From NCBI RefSeq assembly GCF_052425735.1, contig NC_135762.1, forward strand, positions 27,404,001-27,468,000: a DNA stretch of 64,000 nt, read 5' to 3'. The number at the start of each line of letters is the position of its first letter. Position 1 is the first letter of the stretch. The position numbers and the translations under genes are program-made. This document shows positions 53,201-64,000 of this stretch, piece after piece. The stretch comes from Oculina patagonica. Its lineage: Eukaryota. Below the pieces are notes generated by a model. That model was not told where the DNA came from and ran no database searches. It was given only the letters and a program-made list of their open reading frames with translations.

Positions 53201-53815
53201 TCTCTGGGGAGAAAGGGGTCGTACCATTTTAGAAGAAATTTTGCCTTTTTTCTTCGGGGTCGGCGCTTTTTATTTTTTTGGCTTTTTTTCCCACCCCCCC
53301 CCGGTTCTGGGGGGGGCCCGGCCCGCCGGGGGGGGGGGGAGATTTTAATTCGAGCACCAGACCAGACCAACACCCAGGGAATAATTTAGGAGAATGTGCT
53401 GCCTTTGGAATGACATCTGCAAATGGTTATAGACATTTAGTCTTCTCGGATATAGCACGATAAACCGTAGGTCCCGTCCCCTGCATCTTCTCTGTCACGG
53501 TTCAGTAGGGGACGTTAAAGAACCCACATCACCGTTCGAAAAGAGATGGGACTCTCCGCGCTGATTGTGTTCTGGCCTGAAGGGTTGGTTCTTCACCTGG
53601 GTTCAGAGACCTCTTTGCGCCTTTCCCTCTTGGACATAAGGCCAAGTAAAAAAATATTTCTCGTCCCCGCCCGCTTCTTTTTTGGGGGGCCTTTTTTTTT
53701 TTTTTTTTTTTTTTTTTTGGGAAGTTGGAAACAAAAAAAAAGGGGTTTTATTTTATATAAAATAATTTTTTTTTTTTTTTTTTTAAAAAATCGCCCGGGG
53801 GGATTTTTATTAAGG

Positions 53816-53856
<41 letters not shown>

Positions 53857-55692
53857 AAAAAATTTTTTTTTCTAAGAAAAATTGCAATAAACAAACATAT
53901 AAAACTCTTACCTTGTGTAAAAGCAGTATTAGTGAATCCCAACTCGTGAATTTTATACAGGTCCACATATCGCCTAGTAGACTGCTGTCTCTTTCTTCTC
54001 CTATCCGTAGATTTCTTCGCTTCTTTTATCCTTTGGATTCTTTTGGGAACGACACAAAAAATTAACGTGCAGACGAGAGCAACAAACATCGCAGTAGAAA
54101 GCGTGGCGGTAACTATAGCGACGGTCTTTTGGTGCTTGATTGAATGACAGGTCACTCCGTCTCCACGGTAACCATTACTACAAACACATAGAAATGAGCC
54201 TTCGGTGTTGATGCAGTCAGATTGGATATTGCAGACATTATGCGCGTGCGCACACTCGTCAATGTCCGTGCAGTTGAGAAATCCGTTGCCTTGGTAACCG
54301 CTTTTACAGACACATAGTAAACTGAAGTTTGAGTAGGTGAGATAAGCATTGTCCACACAAACCTCGGAGATGTTGGAACAAAAACACTTCCCTTGCGAAG
54401 AACTACACATTATTTCGTATGACACGATGCTACTGGTGTCGTTGACTTGACAGGTGTCAAAACATGATGGCCCCGCCCACTTGTTAACGCAATTGCACGT
54501 GCTCCCTCCAGGAACGCAAATGAACGAGCTTTGACAGTATTCACATGAGCAGCTTAAATCTGCGATGTTTAAACTCATGAGAGGCCTTCCATTCAATGTT
54601 TTTGGATATTCACATTTTACTTGTGACCTGTCGTGTGTGGTGTTTTGATAACGATCTTCACTAAGCCATTCTTTAAGCCATAGCAAGTCACAATTGCAGT
54701 CCAGAGGATTGTGATCAAGGTAAATTCTCAAATCAGGCAAGATTTCCTTGAGTTGTATACCATGTAATACTCGAATGTTTGAAAAGCTCAGGTTTAGGAA
54801 TTGTAAAGCACGCAAACGAGCAAAAATCTCCAAAGAAATAAATTCTATCGGATTGCTACTAAGATCGAGGCTAACTAAGCCCTTCAATGGCTTGATAACC
54901 TCTTTTGGCACAAAAGTTAGATTATTATGAGCAAGGAATAAGCTTTTTAAGTACAATGAATTAGAAAAAGATTCAGATTCGAGACAGCTGATTCCGTTAA
55001 AATCAAGCTTCAGTGTTCGCAATGACGTAAGTTTATTGAAATGAACCTGCGAAGATTTTACGGAGCTTATTTCTAGCCAGGTCAAGATATGTTAAGCGTT
55101 GTAAACCTGTGAACGCTCCTTGGTCAATTATGGAGATTTCATTCTCGCTCAAATCAAGATAAATTAGTGACATTAGATTCTGGAAAGATCCATTCTGTAA
55201 TCGAGAAATCCGATTTCGATTAAGATACAGTTTCAATAAATTTTTCAGTCCTTGAAATATTCCTGAGGGAAGATCATAAAGTTTATTGCTTCCCAAATTC
55301 AGCGTTTTCATCATGACGTTGCTTTGAAAACTTTCTTCTCTAATACGCGAAATGTTGTTTTTTTCGATCATCAGTTCTTTAAGACATCGAATCCTCTTCA
55401 TTTCTTGAATATTTAGTGTAGGAATCGCGTTGTAGCTGAGCACAAGTTTTCCAGTATTTATTGGCAAATTTGTTGGGAATTCGGTCAGGTTTCTCGCCGA
55501 ACAATTAACCGCAACCAAGGGAATGTCGAAATTTCCACCAAGTATACATGATGAAGTACAATAGTTTGATATGACACTACACCCAGTAGAATGAAATGGC
55601 ACATGTCCTTCATGGGCATCCAACATTTGCTGCGAAATGATGTGAAGTAAATTAAATAGAGGGAATACAACCGCACAATAGAAGCTCCTCAT
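50268..55692 (-). CDS. Receptor tyrosine kinase with LRR-EGF ectodomain (3 exons; apparent 1-nt frameshift near 55040)
   Basis: Exon 55692-53912 (signal, LRRs, LRRCT HNPLDCNCDLLWL, cbEGF DIDEC, TM VAIVTATLSTAMFVALVCTLIFCVV), exon 52440-52330 (DEWEIPR, GEGAFG), exon 51262-50268 (VAVK, HRDLAARN, DFGLARD, LPVKWMAPES). ORFs 55033-55692 and 53748-55085 join as ...AGSF-NKLTSL if one base is removed from TCA TTTC AAT. Confidence 0.88.
51287..51571. mobile_element. MITE-like element with TAGAGCGGTTTTCA TIRs
   Basis: TAGAGCGGTTTTCACTTGAGTGT ... ACACTCAATTGAAAACTGCTCTA inverted ends; internal CCAATC/GATTGG palindromes. Confidence 0.75.
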
Positions 55693-56887
55693 TTCGGCAT
55701 CACCGGCTCAGTTTGCAAGATACTGCTGGTTATAACTCCGCCAAGAAGACTTCACATGATCTGGGCGTAGATCTCTCTTTAAACATGGCCAGAAATATCT
55801 CTCTGAAACTCTGCTTGAAAATTAACGCGGCGTTATTTCTCCTTTGAAAAACGAACAATGAACAGATTCAAATTTCGTTTTACAGTCCCGGACATTTGTC
55901 ACAAAAAGCGCGAACTTGAGGACTGCCAGAAAGATTTCGCGTGCGATCGTTTTCGCGCGCATACAAAGAAAACGCAATTTTCCCTTTCGTTTCATGTATT
56001 CCGCGGGGAAACTAGTAATTAAAGGAATTTGCGCAACCCAATTGCTAGTTGTCGGCTTTGTCACTTCCTGATTCGAATGAAGGTAGTTTTTTACGGATCA
56101 GAACGCACGCAAAATGATTGCTGTTTTACTACACAGTCTCTCTTTTTAAGAGAGCTTTCTGAGCGCGCAAGTCACAATTGTTTTTATTTAGGCAGTGACA
56201 AACTTACAAAAAAAAAAGAGCGCCAAAACTGGTATTTTTCCTAGACAACCTCATTTTTACGCAATAATAAAAATACATCCATATAGCTTTCTGTTCGCTT
56301 GGGGGTAGCTATATAATTTGTTCGCCTCAAGCACCTTTCAAGTGTTGTGAAATGGTTATTTTAATTGGTTAAAGTACTAATGAGATGAAATTAGGACAAA
56401 TTAAAAACGTTTAAACATTAAATGATAACGCTCCTGTCACAAAAGGAAGACCGTTGCAGATAATGAATGCGTCACCAAGCTTATTAACTGCATAAAGTAT
56501 ACGCGACTGATATCACTGTTATTTTTTGGTATTTGCATATAGAAGCATCGTTTGTAAAGTGTAAAGAAATACAAGGAAATTACTTTTAATGCGCAATTGA
56601 TAGCCGATCTAAGTAGCCGGTTTATTCAAAATGTTATTATCAGTACTCGCTTAAACTCCGCTGTCCGAACAACGAGGGTCTTGATTTTTACTCCCGAGAA
56701 CCAGCGCCTTGACAGCCTGGGACGAGAGTGGCCGCGCGAGCTTGGTACTTTCTCATTTTAAGGTGCGGGGGACACCTTAGGCTCATCATTATTATTTATT
56801 TAAAGCGTATGACGAGTACAACGTCCATCGACAACTTTACGAGATATTTATGATGGAGAAAAATTTGGGCGGGCGGTTTTTTTAAAA

Positions 56888-56966
<79 letters not shown>

Positions 56967-59340
56967 CTTAACACAGGGGAAGAGAAAATGGGCAATTTAT
57001 CACAGCTAGCCCGATAGTGCGGCTGAAATTTTTTTTCTGTAAACCAGTAAACACTTATCAGTTAACAGAGTCCGATCCAACTGTCGTTAAATTTGATGCC
57101 ATGGCAACCTGAAATAAAGTGTATTTGGTGAAGGTTTTTATTTTTTATGTCTAATCGACAAAAGAAACATTTTTTGAAAATTTAAAAGATCTGTAGGTAG
57201 GGTTCAGAGCCACCTTAAATGTAGCTGCGATAGAATGCCGAAGACCGGGAGATTTAAACTATTACGGGCCACCTTTTGGGTAATGAGATTTCCCCATTCC
57301 CCAATCTAATACCCAGATTCCAACAGTTTGTCGCTAGGCTTTTCATTTCTGGGTACAAGATGGCTATGTGTTCTCCGAAACAGTACCACCCTCCCGCCCA
57401 CAATCTTCTGGATCGGGCATTCCGGGAAAGGCCCTGGGGACGAGATTGAGATGCAGGGTGTGGTCAGGGGCAAGTTCAACAAAATAACTTAGCATTCCCT
57501 TCAAGAATGAAGTCAAGCAAGATAATATTAAATCAGAGCCATTTTAATGTTTCATCCCCACTGAGCTAAGCATAGCTTCCACTTTGTACCCAACCCCACT
57601 CCTTAGGGACGGACCATTTTTCGGGGGGGGAGAAATTTTCTTTGCAAACTTGTCGCGCCCGCAACGAATCCACTATTTTTTTACAATTTTTGTCGCCCTG
57701 CAACTTTTTTTATTTTTTTATCCCCCCTCCCCCCTCCAAAAAAATAATGGTCCGTCCCTTAGGCCTTTCAATTGCTCCTTCCCTTCCCCAGCAGTCACTA
57801 ATACAACAGGTCATGGAAATCAATATCTGCTCAAATGAGGTATTAAATTCTACGAACAGCTATGATTGATAAACAGCTGGCAAGCAGACTTTCTTTGCTT
57901 GAGGAATAACTAGGGAAGGGGTTAGGGGTTAGTAGTTCAATCACCAGAGCAGGGAGCTTGCTTTCTGGCTAGCTGAACTTGATGACATTCTTATATCATG
58001 CCACTCAATAAAAAGTGCAGCCCTTGTTTGAGACCAGTCCAGTGAGTTTTATTGAAAAGATTGTTTTGTTCACAAACTCGTGTCTGAAATTCAAATTAAA
58101 CTAAACCCAACAATGAAAAGTAATATTCTATTTACTTACGTTTATATTACTTAAAATCAAATGAATGTCAAGCTATGTTTTTGCCAATAACCTGGTTAAA
58201 GATGTGCTTTTGGCCATCTACCTGTAAGTGTTTAACTGTGTGAACTAAATGCTAAGCAGGTTTTACACCAATGAAACTACAAGCTGGGTGGTATACACAG
58301 TGTATACCAACACAGTGTATTCTATGAATTAACAATTTTCACAGGGAACCCATAATGGCTGTTGGAAGAGACAGAAAAAAAAATGTCCACAACAAAACGT
58401 GGAAAGGTCACTGGGCAACATTCAAGAAGTTCTTATTGATCTGTGCTCTTTAACGAAATCCAATAACCAATATGGGTTCCTTGTGGACCGAACACATTAA
58501 TTAACAAAACACTTAATTAACTCATCTTTCCACTCACTTTCTTTGAGAAATTATTTGTAACCATACCATCAGTATATTATACCTTTTAACGACCAAAAAA
58601 TTGCATAATTTTTCAAAAAAGAAAAACAAAACAATAATAAAAAAATTAAACTCAAAACATTGTTTAGGAGTTGCTCACTACCTTATTGTAGTTGACAACT
58701 GAATTCAAAATTCTAACTATCAAAATATACTTTTGACACTTTTAATGAGTTGAAAGAGCTACCTAAATCAATGCCACATGAATGAATGAATGCAATCATG
58801 TTCACTGAGTCGAATATTGTATTTTGAAGCATTATAATTTTCTGAAAAACTACTTTCTCTTATTTACTCCTTGTCTACTTAGTATAAAAAATTATGTAAG
58901 ATATAATCTTGTATTTCTTATAGATTCTCCAGTCAAATTTAACGACACTTTCAATAATTTCAACACCTTTGAGAATATCAAGTTTTGGAATAAACTACAT
59001 TTTCAATGTATTTGACTTTATCAAACAGTAAATGAGAACCAAAATTTACAAAATTCCCTATTTGTATTGAGTAAATATTGCAATAATCAGTTTTCAACTT
59101 AGTACAAACCAAGATATTATAATTCAAACACAATAACTTCTTTTTTAATTAATCACCTAACAAATAAGGTGAGTTTACCCTTTTTGAATGCCACTCTGGG
59201 GCATTCAGTTGCTATGTTAACAATGGTTGAAAAACAAAACAAACAAAAAACAGTGAATATAAACCATTGGTCAAAATTTCAAATTCTCAATTTGTACTCA
59301 TTTTGAAAACTACTCAACATTTAACACTGGTACTACACTG

Positions 59341-62300
59341 CTAAACTTGTAATAAAGGTGGCGACATCCGTCTACATAGAGTACAAGAGGGCTTTTTGCC
59401 ATTCTCAAGAGGAAACGGACACCACACTTTGCGCATCATGAAATTAACCAGAAAGACCAAAAATATTCCTCCCACTGCGTCAACGCCATAATGGTGATTT
59501 GAATAAAGAGCAGCCCACGTAATCCACACAACATGAAACATGGCAAACTTTTCGTTAATCCAAGGTCCACTTACTAATATCACGGCAGGCCATGCAACAT
59601 GCAGTGAAGGAAATGCTCCAAACGGTAATGGAGAAGCAGCGTAGATTCCGTGAAAGAACGGAAATCCAAGAACTGCATCAAGTCTATGAAATCCAGCTTC
59701 ATTAGCTGCTGCCTTGAGAACGTCTCCGTTTGGACTAAACACAACAGAGTCTACGTACCAAGGTGGCGCTGTAGGAAACAGGAATTGGATTATGGTTGCG
59801 ACGAGATTCACCCAGCCAGCACACCAAAGAAAAGGGAACACTCCACGAATGCTGCGATTGCTGACAACTTTGAAGAATATAAAAAGGAACGGAAGGGCAA
59901 AGTGAAATAAATATGGCACAGCGGCAACACAGTCCAGAGCAGGATGCGCAAATTTTGCCAGCATCTGATGTGGAAAACAGTGAAAAACTAATACTTCCAT
60001 CCATGGCAGGAATGTATGATTTGGTTTTGTCACTTTTCCAAGTCCTAAGAATGTCCGAAGATGAGAATAATTTGAATAAACTAGAAGATATGCCAAAAAA
60101 GGGATGGCGGCAAGCCCTGTATCCTTGAAAGGAACCTTCTTTATCTTTCTTGGTAGTTCTTCAAACCAGGATGTTAATTCAGCCTATTGGAAAGAAACAA
60201 TATGAATTCTGTTAGAGGTGTAAACCTTGAAGCATGTCTTCAAACAGGGAATAAAATAATTATTAACCGTTTAAACCTAACAGGGACAAAGAATCGTCTA
60301 TTATTATCATTTTCTTGGAAATACTGTACTATTTCTCCTAGGTTAAGCATCTCCCCTCAATTAAGTGCCCTCTTGAAATAAGCAATTCAGTTACATATGT
60401 AGGTGAGAGCAGGGTGAACACAATACCCAAAGGTGATCTATTAGGCCTGGTTCACACTAGTGACATAACGACATAAAGAAAAGTTCAGTTTTTTCCTTAT
60501 GTTGTTATCCTTATGTCATTATGTTCCAACTATGTTGTTATGTTAAGTTGTACACACTGGTAACATAAAACATCAATGCGAGGTGTTTTTTGCATTCGCG
60601 TGACCTTGTCGTTATGTTGCTAGTGTGAACCAGGCCTTAGCAATACAGTCAACTCTGGTTATAAGGGACATTCTCGGTGAATTGTTAATAGTGTCCGAAA
60701 TAATGAGAGTCGTTATAGCGAGGTGTGGGGAAAAAGTGTCGTTATTTACATTAAACAATATAGACTATGACGAGCTTATCAACAGTGAAACTGCTGAGCA
60801 AACATTGGGAATGGAGGATGTGGGCTTGATCTTTCCTTGAGAGTCTGAAGGGAAAAGGCCAAGCTGAATTGAAAGTACACTTACTGAAGGGATTGATGCA
60901 AAAATAAAAAGTAGCGTTTCCCATGTGATGTATAAATGTTGTTTTTTTGATGCAGTATGCTACAAAGAGTTCCCTGTGATTGGCAACAACATATATATTT
61001 TATATCATAAAATTGAAACAAAAAACAAAAAATCACTTGACAATATTTGGATTTGGGATGCTTCAGCTCTGACCAAGCAAATCATAACAAGCATAAGACC
61101 TCAGTGTTCTTGCTTGTTTTGTCCAGAACAAACAGATTTTTTCATGGTTAACAATTTACAAATTTTATTGGCAAATACCCGGGAATTTCTAATTTTGTAC
61201 TGTGAAGGGATGGCTTTTTCAAAGAGAGGCAATCTTCACAAGTAGATATCAATATTATAAAACCCAGATATAGTGGTTGAGTTTCTTCACAGATGCAAGA
61301 AGAGGACATTTTACATCTCCCAGGTCTTGCAATATCAAATTACAGGGCAATATTTTTCAGCTTATTTTCTCTACAAACTCTGTTGGCAGCTTATAACTGC
61401 TTATCTAACCAAGAAATAACACTTTTTCCAACTCCTAGAGAGGTAAGATGGTTTAAAGATGATTTNNNNNNNNNNNNNNNNNNNNNNNNNNNNNNNNNNN
61501 NNNNNNNNNNNNNNNNNNNNNNNNNNNNNNNNNNNNNNNNNNNNNNNNNNNNNNNNNNNNNNNNNNNNNNNNNNNNNNNNNNNNNNNNNNNNNNNNNNNN
61601 NNNNNNNNNNNNNATGACGGAATCACAGGAAACACGTGAAAATTGATATGCCGTGACCTTTGAGGCAATTTCACAAGTACTGCACGTTCTGCAAAGTACA
61701 CTTCTCGATGAATTCCTCACGAAATGAAGCTAAAAGCACTTCAAAGGGCGAAATTGATTCACTGCAAAATATTTTACCGCACCTCAGCGGTTGATTAAAA
61801 TATCACAAGGATTGTTTGCTTTATCAAATGCAAATGAAACTTGGTCTCTACATGCCACCTCCCCAACTCGGCACGCAAACTCCATTGCTCCACATTGCGC
61901 AAACACAACATTAGAGAAAGCGTGTGTGGGCAGCTAAATGCTCTTCGAAAACGATTGAAAGAGTTATATTTAACTTTCTAGCCGGGGAAACGGGAAAAAT
62001 ACAAGCGCCTTAGGTAATCAATTATTCAAGAAACGCCTGAATAAATTGTACGCTTCATTAGCATCAGCAAAAAGCTCTTAAAACAAACCAAATACCAGCG
62101 AAGGAACCCTATTCAAAACAATGAAATGTACAACGGAAATCAGCATTTTGTTTTGAATGAACACGCGATTCAAACAAAATGTACAAGCTGAAAACGAAAT
62201 TCATTCAGAGCTTGGACGGAAAAGTCCGCAAACTTGCACCAACCACAACGTACTAGAGTTCAATCGTCAAATCATCTAATGTCGAAAACAGTTCCACCTC

Positions 62301-62595
62301 GTGCACATACCTGCTTCGTTTCCCAATATAGTTCAAAAGCTTCTTTCAGAGATCTTGCAAAGCGGTTCCAAGAAATCAGAATCTGCAAATAAAAGAATAT
62401 GAAAACAGTGTAAAAACTACAGGCAAGATTACTGAGATCTACAGAGCATCGCCGACAGATTTCCGCGGAACTTTGTATACAGTAAAGGCACACGGGAGGT
62501 CACTACGATAAATACAAATAAATTACCCTTCCAGTTTTGTCGTGAATGATGAGGTCCTTATCCCCTCTAAAATGCTTTCCAGTCCGTCCAGTCAT
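59341..62595 (-). CDS. AUR1/inositol-phosphorylceramide-synthase-like membrane phosphotransferase (PAP2 superfamily), 2 exons, about 303 aa
   Basis: Exon 62595-62527 (MTGRTGKHF...KTGR, GTAATT donor) plus exon 60183-59341, phase 0. Motifs PYLFHF, FPTAPPWY, AGFHRLD, FGAFPSLH and LYSNHHYGVDAVGG match the AUR1-type domains and the H-H-D triad; several TM segments. Confidence 0.85.
60444..60636. mobile_element. PIF/Harbinger-type MITE
   Basis: Perfect TIRs GGCCTGGTTCACACTAG / CTAGTGTGAACCAGGCC with TTA TSD. Confidence 0.85.
61466..61613. other. Assembly gap
   Basis: Run of N inside the intron of the AUR1-like gene. Confidence 1.
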
Positions 62596-64000
62596 TGTGG
62601 ACACCAGTCAAATTATTTTCCGGTTTGAAATGTTTATCGTCCTTGAAGCAGCTAGTCGGTTAACCACGCGAACTCCTGAAAGGAAAGCGCGCCAACGCTC
62701 GAACTAAATCCTCCAACGATATCTCTTGTAAAACAGATCCAGCTATCAAGAATACTGCTATCTTGCCATTGTTCCTTTCCAAGATGTCCAAAACGAACGA
62801 TCTTTTCTCGATTATGTGCAACAAATTCCGCTCTCTGTAGCCGGTTTTGCGGTTAGTGACAGCAAAGTTGTGAAATGCAATCAACAATATGGCGTTCGTC
62901 GAGCGGGCGTGTCGCGATTGACCGACCAAACGAAGTTAAATTTAGCTGTTCAACTTTCACTCCAGTTCGTGGAGATAAGGATTCTTCGGTTGACAAAAGG
63001 CTTAAAAATAGTTTACTTCTTGTATAATGGAGTTTCTTGCAAGGATTAGCGTGTTTTGAATGAGTAGAGTAACTTATCGTTACACACTGCTCACACACTC
63101 CATTTCAGAAGAGTGTTGAAAAGAGGGAGTAAACTGTAGCATGCTGGGAAATAACGTTTGTTACCATAACGATAGCGCAAAGTCCAACGGAAACGTCATC
63201 GATATCTTTGTCCTCGCCGTACCGGAAATCGTTGGCACATGACAGGGGCATGAAAAACCAACATCAATAATCTTAAGTATTCCCCCAAGAGAATTTCGAA
63301 ATAATTATTGGGATTTTTGAACAATTACGTGATTTCTCGGCCGTCACGTTTCGGATTAGCTTCACATTTCCTTCATGCGGTCTTTCGTCCGCTTTCGCAC
63401 GAAATAAATATATTTTAATCTCACCATATTTGGTCATAAGCTGAAACTTTTTCTGCATAAATCAGGAGCCCATGATGGCTCCTGCATAAATTAACACGCT
63501 TTAGCCTGGTGCTTTATTATATTCACCCACGAAGTAACGCCTTCTATTTTTTCTATTATATTGACTTTGGCGGTTGAAAGAAATGTGGGTGTTTTGTTTT
63601 AATTCGACTTTAGTTTGGTCACAGGTGAAAAAAGTGTTAATTAGCCATAGGTTCTAGAAGCGTACAGGCTTCGCTCATTTTTCGCGCGAGACTCGAGTGT
63701 CACTCGTGTTTTATTTTTTTTAAAATTTTATTTGGTAGTGATCTCTAAATTATGCTGTATTATAAAGCCAAATAAAAATACAGAGATGGTTAATAGCATG
63801 TGAAAGGTTTCGCGGCTTCTGTTTCGCGTTTTTAGATTGCAATACGTGTCTCGCAGAACGCCTTCCCGCTAAGTAAGGAAGTATTAACCCTCTTGACTTC
63901 CTGCCCGGGACTTCCTGATTAGAGATTCAAGTCCTTGAACTGCAGGGCGGGCTTTTTAAAATTATTTTTTGAATATAAAAATCTCTTTTTTTTTGCTCTC

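Noticed and set aside
52920-53880. Homopolymer-rich region and ORFs 53278-53463 and 53546-53875
   Set aside because: Long A/T/G/C runs corrupting recognisable repeats indicate low-quality consensus; the same applies to 56870-56965.

Overview
Eukaryotic, intron-rich animal DNA; the repeat families and gene content suggest a stony coral or other anthozoan (inference). I reconstructed exons by hand from GT/AG sites and reading-frame continuity. Left to right: the probable first exon of a minus-strand gene leaving the window; a 131-aa protein of unknown family with a mitochondrial-presequence-like N-terminus, head-to-head with RPS3; a 9-exon minus-strand PUB-domain gene; NFXL1; a FAM47-like gene carrying an RTE-type LINE fragment; two convergent LRR-EGF receptor tyrosine kinase paralogs; and an AUR1/IPC-synthase-like gene. 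MITEs, SINEs and satellites are common. Main discovery: the PUB gene (10014-13665, minus) ends GGT GGA GGA TGA GGA TAG (G-G-G-Sec-G-stop) and has a canonical type II SECIS element about 60 nt downstream (9901-9970). It is a candidate soluble p97/VCP-adaptor selenoprotein outside the animal selenoprotein families I know. Secondary points: the fungal-type AUR1 homolog in an animal, the LRR-EGF(-FN3) RTK pair, and complementary (ATC)n/(GAT)n tracts at the two ends of one intron.
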